Source: Alphaproteobacteria bacterium
Lineage (GTDB): Bacteria; Pseudomonadota; Alphaproteobacteria; UBA828
NCBI GenBank assembly: GCA_965221125.1
Contig: CBDCRW010000003.1
Span: 487,581-551,580, forward strand
Length of the DNA stretch: 64,000 bases
Direction of reading: 5' to 3'
In this document: positions 11,078 to 20,762 of the stretch, piece after piece
Position numbering within the stretch: position 1 is the stretch's first letter
Layout: the number at the start of each line of letters is the position of its first letter
The notes under the pieces: generated by a model
Seen by the model: only the letters and a program-made list of their open reading frames with translations
Told to the model about the DNA's origin: nothing
The model's database searches: none
Position numbers and translations under genes: made by a program

Positions 11078-11655
11078 ATGATGAATGAGCACCTGTTCTA
11101 CGACCTCAAGGACAAGCCCGCGCTGACGCGGAGTCTGGCCACGCAGATCGTGCAGGAACTTGGCCGGCGCATCGTCTCCGGCGCCTACGGACAAGGCAAC
11201 CTGCTTGAGGACGAGGGGAGGTTGGCCGCGCGATATCAGGTCAGCCGCTCGGTCAACCGCGATGCCGTGAAGATTCTCGTGGGCAAGGGCTTGCTTGAGG
11301 TGCGGCGCGGCATCGGCACGCGACTCCGCTCCCGCTCCGCTTGGGCATTGCTGGATGACGACGTGCTGGCGTGGCACCAGTCGGCTCCGGCCGACCGTGC
11401 GTTTCTGCGCCAGTTGATGGACCTCCGCCTCGTGATCGAGCCCAAGGCGGCGCGCTGGGCGGCCGAGCGAGGCACCGCCGAGGGCCATGCGCTGATCGCC
11501 GAGGCGCGGGCGCCATGAGGAACACGGCGCGCACCTGCTCACCGTTCGTCGCCGACAAGCTGATGTTCTCGGGCGCGATCCTGTTGCTGGCGGCGGCCAT
11601 GGATGCGGTTTCCCGCCAGAGCGCCAATTTCTCACGCGGTGGAGGCGGTACATGA
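11078..11655 (+). pseudogene. FadR/GntR-family regulator, frameshifted and truncated in the FCD domain
   Basis: GntR wHTH (LAARYQVSRSVNRDAVKILVGKGLL..RRGIGT) and FCD start (LMDLRLVIEPKAA); frame ends at 11518 (146 aa); degraded FCD-like text continues in another frame to 11655. Confidence 0.7.
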
Positions 11656-12128
11656 CCGACACGCGCCCCTGGAGCGAGGACCAGGACCACTTGCTTGCCA
11701 GCCTGCTCGACGAGATCGTTCCTTCGAGCGCAGACGGTCGAGTCACTGCGGCAGGGGCGCTCGGCGTGGCCGAATTTCTGGCCAGCAAGGCGTCGGCCGA
11801 TCCGGAACTCGCGGCCTCGTTGCGCGCGGTCCTCGCGCACGCTGCGGCCCTCGCCGAGGCCGGTGGCGCGAGCTTCGACGACCTGGACGCCGCCGGGCGC
11901 ATCGCCGTCGTCGAGGCGCTGGAGCGGGAGGTCCCCAACGCGTTCACCGCACTGCTGTGGCACACCTATATGGGCTACTACAGCCGCGCGGACGTTCGCC
12001 CGCAATTCGGCCTCTCACCCCGCCCGACACAGCCGGAGGGCTACGAGTTGCCCGAAGACGACCCCGATGAACTCGCGGATATGCTGGCCCCGGTGCGCGG
12101 GCGGGGCCGCCGCTATCGCCCGGCCTGA
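11652..12128 (+). CDS. Gluconate 2-dehydrogenase subunit 3-like small partner of a GMC oxidoreductase
   Basis: LLDEIVP..A.ALGVAEF, F..L...TYMGYYS motifs; directly upstream of the GMC gene. Confidence 0.75.
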   Translation: MTDTRPWSEDQDHLLASLLDEIVPSSADGRVTAAGALGVAEFLASKASADPELAASLRAVLAHAAALAEAGGASFDDLDAAGRIAVVEALEREVPNAFTALLWHTYMGYYSRADVRPQFGLSPRPTQPEGYELPEDDPDELADMLAPVRGRGRRYRPA

Positions 12129-12146
12129 GCGCGGGAGGTGTCCGGC

Positions 12147-13760
12147 ATGAGCGACGATCCCGTCGATGTTCTGATCGTGGGCGCAGGAGCGTCGGGAGCG
12201 GCCTTCGCCTGGTCGTTGCTGGGCTCGCGCATGCGCATCCTCTGCCTGGAGCAGGGGCCGATGATCACCGACGCGGAATATCCCAGCCGCAACGCGGATT
12301 ACGAGCTCAGCCGCTACGCCGAGTTCAGTTGCGACCCGAATGTGCGCGGGCTGCCGCAGGACTATCCGATCAATGCGGAAGAGTCGCCGATCACGCCGGT
12401 CAACTTCAATGCCGTCGGCGGCTCGACGATCAACTTCGCGGCGCACTGGCCGCGCATGCATCCCTCTGACTTCCGCGCCCGCTCGCTGGATGGCGTGGCT
12501 GACGACTGGCCGGTGGACTATGCGACGCTGGAGCCCTACTACGCGCAGAACGATCGCAACATGGGCGCGTCCGGCCTCGCCGGGAACCCGGCCTATCCGT
12601 TCTACGAGCCGCCGCTGCCGCCGCTGCCGCTCGGCAAGCTGGGGCGGACGCTGGCGCAGGGTTTCAACCGGCTGGGCTGGCACTGGTGGCCGTCCGATGC
12701 GGCGATCCTGAGCCGCGACTACGACGGTCGAGCGAAGTGCGTCAATGCCGGCACCTGCGACCTCGGCTGCGCGACGGGCGCCAAGGCCAGCGTGAACACG
12801 ACTTACTGGCCGGTCCTGCTCCGCGCAGGGGTGGAACTGCGCGCCAACTGCCGGGTTCGCGAGATCTCCCTCGACGAGAACGGCATGGCGAGCGGCGTGC
12901 TCTACCACGATGCGGAAGGCCGACTGCAACGCCAGAGGGCGGCGCTCGTCGTCCTCGCCTGCAACGGCATCGGCACGCCGCGGCTCATGCTCAATTCCAG
13001 GTCGAAGCAGTTCCCCGACGGTATCGCCAATCGCAGCGGTCTCGTGGGCAAGAACCTGATGTTCCACCCGCTCACCGGCATCAGCGGCGTCTTCGACGAG
13101 CCGATGGAGGGCTTCAAGGGACCCATGGCGTGCAGCATCCTGAGCCAGGAGTTCTACGAGACCGACCCGTCGCGGGATTTCGTGCGCGGCTACGGGCTGC
13201 ATGCCAGCCGCTGGATCACCCCCATGACGTGGGCGCTCGGCGGCTTCGGCATCGACAAGCCCATCGCCTGGGGTGCCGAGCACCGGCGCCTGATGGACGA
13301 GGTCTATCCCTATTCGGCGGCGCTCACCATCGTCACCGAGGATTTGCCGCGCGAGAGCAACACGGTCACGCTCGACCCGGAGCTCACCGACAGCGACGGC
13401 ATCCCGGCGCCCAAGATCACCTATTCGGTGGACGACAATACCAGGAAGATGATTGCCCACGGCGAGGCGCGAGCCGAGGAAGCGCTTCTCGCCGCCGGTG
13501 CAACGCAGGTCTCGGGCGCGGGCCAGGAGGTTTGGTGGCGGGCCGGATGGCACCAGATGGGCACGGCGCGCATGGGCAACGATCCAGCGCGTTCGGTGGT
13601 GAACGGCTGGGGCCGTTGCCACGACGTGCGCAACCTCTTCATCGTGGACGGCAGCATCTTCGTCACATCCGCGGCGGTGAACCCCACCTCGACCATCCAG
13701 GCGCTGGCCCTCTACATCGGCGACAGCATCCTGAAGAACATCGGCAACCTTTTCGACTGA
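12147..13760 (+). CDS. GMC-family flavoprotein oxidoreductase
   Basis: FAD-binding DVLIVGAGASG, VGGSTINF, GTPRLML, HQMGTARMG, NPTSTI; GGAGG before ATG. Confidence 0.95.
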   Translation: MSDDPVDVLIVGAGASGAAFAWSLLGSRMRILCLEQGPMITDAEYPSRNADYELSRYAEFSCDPNVRGLPQDYPINAEESPITPVNFNAVGGSTINFAAHWPRMHPSDFRARSLDGVADDWPVDYATLEPYYAQNDRNMGASGLAGNPAYPFYEPPLPPLPLGKLGRTLAQGFNRLGWHWWPSDAAILSRDYDGRAKCVNAGTCDLGCATGAKASVNTTYWPVLLRAGVELRANCRVREISLDENGMASGVLYHDAEGRLQRQRAALVVLACNGIGTPRLMLNSRSKQFPDGIANRSGLVGKNLMFHPLTGISGVFDEPMEGFKGPMACSILSQEFYETDPSRDFVRGYGLHASRWITPMTWALGGFGIDKPIAWGAEHRRLMDEVYPYSAALTIVTEDLPRESNTVTLDPELTDSDGIPAPKITYSVDDNTRKMIAHGEARAEEALLAAGATQVSGAGQEVWWRAGWHQMGTARMGNDPARSVVNGWGRCHDVRNLFIVDGSIFVTSAAVNPTSTIQALALYIGDSILKNIGNLFD

Positions 13761-13770
13761 TGGACGCGAC

Positions 13771-14997
13771 ATGACCCGGCAATTGAAACCAGTGACGGCT
13801 GAGACGAGCCGGGACGCGGCGGCATATCCCCGGATGAAGATCACTCGGATCGCGAGCCACGTGCTGCAGTACGAAATGGCGGAAGAGCTGGGCTATTCCC
13901 AGCAGTTCTATGGCAAGCGCACGGCGCACATCGTCGAGGTCGAGACCGACGCCGGGATCACCGGCTGGGGCGAGTGCTTTGGGCCGGGAACGGTCGCGCT
14001 CGCCAACAGGGCCATTGTCGAGCAAGTGATCCAGCCCATGGTGCTCGGCGCAAACCCGCTGGACCGCGACGTGATCTGGCACCGGGTCTACAACCTGCTG
14101 CGCGATCATGGCCAGAAGGGTATGCCGCTGCAGGCGCTCTCCGGCGTCGACATTGCGCTCTGGGATATTGCCGGCAAGGTGGCGGGCCTGCCGCTCCACA
14201 CGTTGATCGGCGGCGCACACCGCGAGTCCGTGCCCGTCTACGGCTACGGCATGATGCTGCGGCGCGAGGACGCGGCCTCGCTCGCCGCACGCTTCGCCGA
14301 CGAAGCGGCCGCGATCAAGGAGCAGGGCTACGTCGCCGCCAAGATGAAGGTCGGGCTAGGCCCGAAACGGGACGTTGCTCTCGCCGAGGCGGTGCGGCGC
14401 GGCGTCGGCGACGGGTTCGACTTCATGGTGGATGCCAACCATTGCTACACCACCGCCGATGCCTTCTACGTAGGGCATGCGTTGGAGGAGTTGGGCGCCT
14501 ACTGGTTCGAGGAGCCGGTGGCGCCGGAAGACGTCGCCGGGTACGCGGCCTTGCGACAGGGTCTCAAGGTCAACATCGCCGGCGGCGAGGCCGAGTACAG
14601 TCGCTGGGGCTGGCGCGCGCTGCTGGAAGGCCGCGGGCTCGACATCGCCCAGCCGGAAGTCTGCGCACTCGGGGGAATCAGCGAGTACCTGCGGGTGCTG
14701 GCGCTGTGCCACGCGCATTTCACGCCGGTGGTGAACCACGTCTGGGGCTCGGCCATCGCGGTCGCCACGAACCTGCAGCTCCTGGCAGCGATGCCGCCGC
14801 TGCCGGGCGGCCTTCACCCGCGCGAGCCGATGCTGGAGTTCGATACGACCGAAAACAGGTTCCGCGACGACCTGCTGACGAAGCCGCTGGATATCCAGGG
14901 GCAGGTGGCGCGCAACGGAGGCCGTGCCGCGATCCCCGACGGCCCAGGCCTCGGCGTCGAGCCGGACCGCGATTTCCTGCGGCACTACGCGGCGTGA
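13771..14997 (+). CDS. Mandelate racemase/muconate lactonizing enzyme family protein (probable acid-sugar dehydratase); alternative start 13834
   Basis: SGVDIALWDI, KMKVG, MVDAN, WFEEP, AGGE, GPGLG. Confidence 0.92.
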   Translation: MTRQLKPVTAETSRDAAAYPRMKITRIASHVLQYEMAEELGYSQQFYGKRTAHIVEVETDAGITGWGECFGPGTVALANRAIVEQVIQPMVLGANPLDRDVIWHRVYNLLRDHGQKGMPLQALSGVDIALWDIAGKVAGLPLHTLIGGAHRESVPVYGYGMMLRREDAASLAARFADEAAAIKEQGYVAAKMKVGLGPKRDVALAEAVRRGVGDGFDFMVDANHCYTTADAFYVGHALEELGAYWFEEPVAPEDVAGYAALRQGLKVNIAGGEAEYSRWGWRALLEGRGLDIAQPEVCALGGISEYLRVLALCHAHFTPVVNHVWGSAIAVATNLQLLAAMPPLPGGLHPREPMLEFDTTENRFRDDLLTKPLDIQGQVARNGGRAAIPDGPGLGVEPDRDFLRHYAA

Positions 14998-15171
14998 CGG
15001 CCTGTCGGCGCCCAGGTCATCGCGCGCACGCTCATGTGACAGCCGCCCCGGAATTGGGGTTGGACAACGCGCGAATTACCTCAATGGAATCAATGCCACC
15101 CCTTGGGGCGGCAGGACAACGTAAGCTTCTGATATCATTGGCGAACCCTACTCCCGCAGGGGTCACCGCCG

Positions 15172-15912
15172 TCACCCGCTTGAATTGCCGCGCTCCTTCC
15201 GCTTGGCGGCCAGGGCGAGCCAGGCGTCGCCGACGCGGTAGCAGAAATCGTGCGAGGCGTGGTGGTAGAGCTGCAGCAGGTGCGGCAGCGTCTCGGGCAA
15301 CGTCGGATAATGGGTGGGCACGATTTCGTCCGAGATCGAGACCCAGGTGGTCATCATCTCCGGCGTCACCTCGAAGTGGGGCTGGAAGGAGTAGGTCGCG
15401 GCGCCGAAGCGGAACGCCTGGTTCGGCACCTCATCCCCCACCATGAGCCGCGTCGCGCCCTCGGGCAGGTCGAAGGTCTGGCTGTGGAACTGCGCCAGAT
15501 GCATGGGGTTGGCGAACGACTGGCCGAGCAGCGGGTCGCTCTCCGCCGCCTGCGTCAGCGCAATGGGCACGAAGCCCACCTCCGGCAGGCGCATGTCGTA
15601 GCAGCGCCCGCCCAGGGCGCGGGCGACGATCTGCGAGCCGAGGCAGATGCCGAGCACCGGCTTCTCGGCTTGCGTGAAGCGCCGCACCAGCGCGGCCGCG
15701 TCTTCGAGCCAGGGATGCTCGTCCACGTGACCCGCGTGCATCGCGCCCCCCATGAGGAGGAAGCCGTCGTAGCCCGAATCGTCCGCCGGCAGGCGGTGGT
15801 CGGCGTTCAGGTGGGGCATGCAGGCCTCGAAACGGACGCCGCGCCGCGCCGCCGGCTCCTCCAGGTAGCCGGGCCCGGAGTTATCGTGATTCTGCAGCAA
15901 GAGGATACGCAC
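15172..15912 (-). CDS. Class I glutamine amidotransferase-like protein
   Basis: LGICLGSQ nucleophile and QPHFE (H-x-E) triad. Confidence 0.9.
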   Translation of the reverse strand: MRILLLQNHDNSGPGYLEEPAARRGVRFEACMPHLNADHRLPADDSGYDGFLLMGGAMHAGHVDEHPWLEDAAALVRRFTQAEKPVLGICLGSQIVARALGGRCYDMRLPEVGFVPIALTQAAESDPLLGQSFANPMHLAQFHSQTFDLPEGATRLMVGDEVPNQAFRFGAATYSFQPHFEVTPEMMTTWVSISDEIVPTHYPTLPETLPHLLQLYHHASHDFCYRVGDAWLALAAKRKERGNSSG

Positions 15913-15918
15913 CGGCGC

Positions 15919-16605
15919 TCAGCCCTCGCGCCAGAAGCGCTTGAAGCTCTCCGCCGTGACGTCGGGGTCGCGGCAGAAGTCGACGATCGCCTGCTCCTTG
16001 CGCACGACCGCGGCCGCCGCCTCCAGGATCTGCGGCACCTGCTCCGGCGATACGGCGACGGCGCCGTTCACGTCGGCATGGATGAGCGTGTCGGTGCGGG
16101 CATAGAGCCCGGCGACGTTCACCTCGCAGCCGAAATCGACGCGGTGGTAGTCGGCCCGGTTGGGCGCGATGCCGCCGCAGAGCACCTGAAAGCCCTCGGC
16201 CATGCCGGCCACGTCGCGAACGGCGCCGTTGGTGATGAGGCCGATGCAGCCGAGCACGCCGTGCATGAAGCTCATGACCTCGCCGAACAGCGCGTTGGTG
16301 GCGGCGTGCGGCGTGTCGCCGTCCTGCACCACGACGATGCGGGGCTCAGGGCCGGCAGCGACGTAGTCGAACCATTCGAGGTCCTGCGCCTTCTCCTGCG
16401 CCGCGTCGAGGCCGCCGGGCTCCTGCGTCCGGTAGAGCGTGGTACGCGCGAAGCCCACCATGGGCGGCAGATCGGGGCGCGCGCAGTGGAGCATCGCCTT
16501 GGTCGAGCGCCGCGCCGCTTCCGGCGCAATGGCGAGCAACGCGTTGCAGATGGTCGGCGTGTCGTAGCGGCCGAGTGCCGCGAGATCGATGTCGTGTGCA
16601 GTCAT
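15919..16605 (-). CDS. RraA/HMG-aldolase family protein
   Basis: DTPTICNAL, FGEVM, TNGAVRD, LIHADVNG. Confidence 0.85.
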   Translation of the reverse strand: MTAHDIDLAALGRYDTPTICNALLAIAPEAARRSTKAMLHCARPDLPPMVGFARTTLYRTQEPGGLDAAQEKAQDLEWFDYVAAGPEPRIVVVQDGDTPHAATNALFGEVMSFMHGVLGCIGLITNGAVRDVAGMAEGFQVLCGGIAPNRADYHRVDFGCEVNVAGLYARTDTLIHADVNGAVAVSPEQVPQILEAAAAVVRKEQAIVDFCRDPDVTAESFKRFWREG

Positions 16606-16713
16606 GGAGCCCTCCCCGCCCCCTCATAGCCGCGCCGCCACCTGCTTGCAATCGGCGGTCTTGCACAGTCAGCGCGCCGCCGCCACCATCGCGCAAACAA
16701 AGAGGTGACGCGC

Positions 16714-17631
16714 ATGAGCATCAAGATCGAGTGCATCCTCGACTGCGGGAACCACCTGGGCGAAGGCCCGGTGTGGGACGTGGACGAAGGCCGGCTCTAC
16801 TGGGTGGACGGCACGGGGCGGCGGGTCGGCAAGCCCGAGCTGTGGCGCATGGACCCCAAGAGCGGCAAGGTCGAGAACTGGACGCTGGGCGACCACGACG
16901 TGGGCGCGATGGCGCTCCGTGCCGGCGGCGGCGCGGTGATGGCGCTCGACGACGGCTTCTACTTCTTCGACTACGACAAGGCGAAGATGGAGCTGATCGC
17001 CAAGGTCGATGCCGAGCACCCGCGCACGCGCCTCAACGACGGCAAGTGCGACCGGCGCGGGCGCTTCTTCGCGGGCGGCATGGACGACAAGGAGGAGCTC
17101 ACCATCTGCGGGCTGTGGCGGCTCGACCCCGACCTCAGCGTCACCAAGGTCGACGACGGCATCATCTGCACCAACGGCCCCTGCTGGAGCCCGGACGACA
17201 AGACCTTCTACCTGGCCGACAGCTTCCAGGATGAGTTCTGGGCCTACGACTACGACATTGAGACCGGCAGCCTCTACAACAAGCGGGTGTTCGCCTCGAC
17301 AAGGGAGGACGCGGGCGTCGCCGACGGCTCGACGGTGGACGAGGAAGGCTGCCTCTGGAACGCGCAGGTGATCGGCGGCGAGCTCGTACGCTACGCGCCG
17401 GACGGCTCGGTGGAGCGCCGCATCGGCATGCCGGTGAAGAACATCACCAGCGTGATGTTCGGCGGCGACGACCTCGACGTGCTCTACGTCACCTCCATGG
17501 CCCGCGTGCAGCACCCGGCGGTGCACGACATGTTCGCGGTGGAGGCCAAGCCGCAGTTCCTCGCCGGCGGCCTGTTCGCGGTCACCGGCCTCGGCATCCG
17601 CGGCGTTCCGGAACCGCGATTTGCCGGCTGA
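16714..17631 (+). CDS. SMP-30/gluconolactonase family protein
   Basis: LGEGPVWD, RLNDGKCD, NGPCWSPD, ADGSTVDEEG. Confidence 0.93.
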   Translation: MSIKIECILDCGNHLGEGPVWDVDEGRLYWVDGTGRRVGKPELWRMDPKSGKVENWTLGDHDVGAMALRAGGGAVMALDDGFYFFDYDKAKMELIAKVDAEHPRTRLNDGKCDRRGRFFAGGMDDKEELTICGLWRLDPDLSVTKVDDGIICTNGPCWSPDDKTFYLADSFQDEFWAYDYDIETGSLYNKRVFASTREDAGVADGSTVDEEGCLWNAQVIGGELVRYAPDGSVERRIGMPVKNITSVMFGGDDLDVLYVTSMARVQHPAVHDMFAVEAKPQFLAGGLFAVTGLGIRGVPEPRFAG

Positions 17632-17658
17632 GTTGTCCCCGCCCGGAAGCGGAGCGCC

Positions 17659-17946
17659 TCAAGTCTTGCGAATAAAATTGTCGGCGTAGGACTTGGGGCG
17701 GACGGTGCGCGACTGGGGCTCGTCCACCACGTAATCCAAGCCGCGCCGTCTGGCGTAGGCAATCGCCTGCTGCTTGGTCGCGAAGGTGAGCTTGACCTGC
17801 TGGGTGGTGTCGTCCGATCCGGTCCAGCCCATCAGGCTGTCCACCGCGCGCTGGCCGCGCGGCGCGTGCTCAAGCACCCAGCGGCCGGTCTTGGCCCGGC
17901 CCGATTGGGTCGCCGTCTTCGCCGGCCTATAGATGCGCACGTCCAT
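17659..17946 (-). CDS. ETC complex I subunit (NDUFS4-like), typical of Alphaproteobacteria
   Basis: RIYRPAKTATQSG, LMGWTGS.D, KSYADNF. Confidence 0.92.
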   Translation of the reverse strand: MDVRIYRPAKTATQSGRAKTGRWVLEHAPRGQRAVDSLMGWTGSDDTTQQVKLTFATKQQAIAYARRRGLDYVVDEPQSRTVRPKSYADNFIRKT

Positions 17947-17998
17947 CGCCCGGCCTCATAGCGCGGCCACGCGACGGCGGCAAGGCTCGGGCGTCTGG

Positions 17999-18631
17999 TT
18001 ACGCCGACGCGCTCGGCCTCCCCCCGACTTCGGCGAACCAACGGGCGACGTTGGTGCAGCCCTCCGGGATTTCGATCTCCGCCCGCTTGGCGAAGTCGAT
18101 CGTCACGAACGCCGTGATGTCGGCGATGGAGAAGCGGTCGCCGGCGAGATGGCCGTTGTCGGCGAGCCGGCCGTCGAGCTTGGCGAAGAAGCGCCCCATG
18201 GACTGCCTGCCGCGCTCGGCCAGCGCTGGGATCTGGGGCACGCCGCCGGTCACGCCGGCCACGCCGCGGTCCTCGAACATCGGCGCGCTGTTCCGCAACG
18301 CGTCGACGGCTGCGAGATAGCCCTCGAGCTCCGCCTGCCGGTTCCACATCTCGATGACCGCCTTCTCCTTGGCATCGCGGCCCATGAGGTTGGGCTCGGG
18401 ATGGGTCTCCTCCAGATAGCGGCAGATCGCCACCGACTCGCCGATGCAGGTGCCGTCGTCGAGCACGAGCGCGGGCACCACGCAGTTGGGGTTCACGGCG
18501 CGGTACTCGTCGCTGAACTGCTGGCGCTCGCGCGTGTTGATCTGCACGGAGGGGATCTCGATCCCCTTCTCGGCGATGAAGATACGCACCCGGCGGGGGC
18601 CGGGCGCGAGCGAGAACTCGTAGAGCTTCAT
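17999..18631 (-). CDS. Glutathione S-transferase family protein
   Basis: MKLYE..PGPRRVRIF, VPALVLDDG, ESVAICRYLE, FSIADI. Confidence 0.93.
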   Translation of the reverse strand: MKLYEFSLAPGPRRVRIFIAEKGIEIPSVQINTRERQQFSDEYRAVNPNCVVPALVLDDGTCIGESVAICRYLEETHPEPNLMGRDAKEKAVIEMWNRQAELEGYLAAVDALRNSAPMFEDRGVAGVTGGVPQIPALAERGRQSMGRFFAKLDGRLADNGHLAGDRFSIADITAFVTIDFAKRAEIEIPEGCTNVARWFAEVGGRPSASA

Positions 18632-18660
18632 GTAGCTTCTCCCTCGTTGGCCGCAGCCGC

Positions 18661-20181
18661 TCAGAGCGTCTTCCAGTCGACCGACTGCTCGTAGGCGTGG
18701 GCGGCCCGGTAGATGGTCGCTTCGTCGAAGTGCCTGCCGACCAGCATGAGGCCGACCGGCAGGCCGTCGCTCAAGCCACAGGGCGCGGTGAGCGCCGGGT
18801 GGCCGGTGGCGTCGAAGACGGCGGTGTTGGCGAACATCTCGTGCGCGCGCTGGATCACGAGCTCGATGGGCGCGTCCGCCGGCGGGATCGGCGTCGCCGT
18901 GATCGGCAGCGTCGGCATCACGATCACGTCGCAGTCGGCGAGCGCGCTGTCGTAGGCCCTGCGCATGCGCCGCGAGATGTTCTGCGCCTTGGCGTAGTAG
19001 TGCCCGCCGTACTGGTTCTGCATGTACTGGCCGAGCAGGATCACGTACTTCAGCGAGTGCGAGAGTTCGTCGGCGCGCTCCCGCCAGCCGGCGTAGCGGT
19101 TGAGCAGGCTGGTGACGTAGAGGCCCTTCCAGTTGGTGCCGAAGCCGTTGCCATTCATCATGAACTCGACCGTGCCCTCGACCCCGATGGGGGTCCAGAC
19201 GGCGACGCCCACCAGGTGCTCGGGGATGCTGATCTCCTTCACCGTGGCGCCGATGGCTTCCAGCCGGGCGGCGGCGGCACGCACCCTCTCGTCCACGCCG
19301 GGCTCCGAGTTGGGGTGGCCGTAGCCCTCTTTCAGCACGCCGACGGTCATGCCCTCCGCGCCCTGGCCGAGCGCGCCGGTATAGGACGGATTCTCCGGAA
19401 CGCCGATCTGGCGGGGGTCGAGACCGTCGCTGCCGGCGATCACCTCCAGCAGCAGGGCGTTGTTGGCGACCGTGTCGGTCATGGGGCCGGCGTGGTCCAC
19501 CGTCATCTCGATGGGCATGACGCCGGAATAGGGCACGAGGCCGTGCGTGGGCTTGAGGCCGACGATGCCGCACATGGACGCAGGGATTCGGACGGAGCCG
19601 GCCTGATCGCAGCCGATGGCCATCTCCACGTCGCCGGCCGCGACCACGGCGCCTGAGCCCGAGGAGGAGCCGCCCGTGGTGTAGCCCCGCCTCCACGGGT
19701 TGTGCACCGGCAGCCCCGTCGCATTGGTGTGGCTGCCGCCGGAGAAGCAGAGGTATTCGCACGCCGTCTTGCCCGCGATCTCGCCGCCTTCGTCAAGGAT
19801 GCGGCTCACGATGGTGGCGTCCACGTCGGGCACGTAGCCTTCGAGGATCGAGGCGCCGTTCATCATCGGCACGCCGGCGACGCAGACGTTGTCCTTGATG
19901 GCGACCTTCCTGCCGGCGAGCTTTCCGCCTTCTGCGCCCTTGATGTCGGTCCGCCAGTACCAGGCGTTGTGCGGGTTCTCGTCAGCCTCCGGCCGGTATC
20001 CGGGGAGGCGCGGATAGCGGACCTCGGGCAGCTCGTCGGACATGGAATCCACGGTATTGTATCCGTCGAGCAGCGGCTTCATCGCCGCGAGATACTGGGC
20101 GGCCTCGTCCTCGCTGAGGCGCAGGCCGAGCTCCGCGCCGACCTCGACGATCTGGTCGGCCCTGGGTGCTTTGATCGGCAT
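18661..20181 (-). CDS. Amidase (amidase-signature family)
   Basis: AIKDN, GGSSSGS, DQAGSVRIPAS..G.KPT. Confidence 0.95.
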   Translation of the reverse strand: MPIKAPRADQIVEVGAELGLRLSEDEAAQYLAAMKPLLDGYNTVDSMSDELPEVRYPRLPGYRPEADENPHNAWYWRTDIKGAEGGKLAGRKVAIKDNVCVAGVPMMNGASILEGYVPDVDATIVSRILDEGGEIAGKTACEYLCFSGGSHTNATGLPVHNPWRRGYTTGGSSSGSGAVVAAGDVEMAIGCDQAGSVRIPASMCGIVGLKPTHGLVPYSGVMPIEMTVDHAGPMTDTVANNALLLEVIAGSDGLDPRQIGVPENPSYTGALGQGAEGMTVGVLKEGYGHPNSEPGVDERVRAAAARLEAIGATVKEISIPEHLVGVAVWTPIGVEGTVEFMMNGNGFGTNWKGLYVTSLLNRYAGWRERADELSHSLKYVILLGQYMQNQYGGHYYAKAQNISRRMRRAYDSALADCDVIVMPTLPITATPIPPADAPIELVIQRAHEMFANTAVFDATGHPALTAPCGLSDGLPVGLMLVGRHFDEATIYRAAHAYEQSVDWKTL

Positions 20182-20220
20182 GACTACCCTCCCCTCGCCG
20201 CGCCCGATCAGGGCCCGGTT

Positions 20221-20237
20221 TGCATGCGTTTTGCCTA
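20221..20237 (-). promoter_or_regulatory. Putative sigma-54 (-24/-12) promoter for the amidase-GST genes
   Basis: Minus strand TAGGCAAAACGCATGCA = GG-N10-GC, 40 bp upstream of the amidase ATG in an AT-rich patch. Confidence 0.4.
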
Positions 20238-20259
20238 ATTATTCAATGCGGCAAACGGG

Positions 20260-20751
20260 TTATGCGAAATTGGCTTCGTTTTGCAATTTCTCCCGTTTCA
20301 CCGCCGCTGGCACGCCGTAAAGCTGGCGGGCACGGCTCTCGAAGGCGCGCACCATGCGGTCCACCGCATCGGCGAAGAGGGCGCTCATGACGCGCTTGAG
20401 CAGCCTGGAGCGGAACTCGAAATCGACGAAAAAATCCACCTCGCAGCCGTCCGTCCGTTCGTTGAAGCGCCAACGGTTGACCATGTAACGGAACGGCCCG
20501 TGGGTGTGGTTCACCTCGATCCGGTGCTCGCCCCGGTGGAGCTGCATCCGCGAGCCGAAGCGCTCGCGGAGCATCATGAAGCCGATCAGCATGTCGGCCT
20601 CCACGATGTCAGGCTCGCCGGGGACGCGTCTTGTCACGCGCGTGCCGAGGCACCAGGGCAGGAACTCGGGGTAATACTCGACCTCGGCCACCAGATCGAA
20701 CATCTGGTCCGAGCTGTACGGCAGAAAGCGGCGCTCGTTGTGCTGCGGCAT
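20260..20751 (-). CDS. ratA: RatA/PasT (Coq10-like START domain) protein
   Basis: FDLVAEVEYYPEFLPWC, GPF..N.W.F, FESRA; usual position downstream of lipA. Confidence 0.88.
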   Translation of the reverse strand: MPQHNERRFLPYSSDQMFDLVAEVEYYPEFLPWCLGTRVTRRVPGEPDIVEADMLIGFMMLRERFGSRMQLHRGEHRIEVNHTHGPFRYMVNRWRFNERTDGCEVDFFVDFEFRSRLLKRVMSALFADAVDRMVRAFESRARQLYGVPAAVKREKLQNEANFA

Positions 20752-20762
20752 CGGGCGCGCCT

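Noticed and set aside
20260-20751. RatA as a toxin-antitoxin toxin
   Set aside because: It is the Coq10-like housekeeping gene in its usual place after lipA, and no ratB partner is seen.
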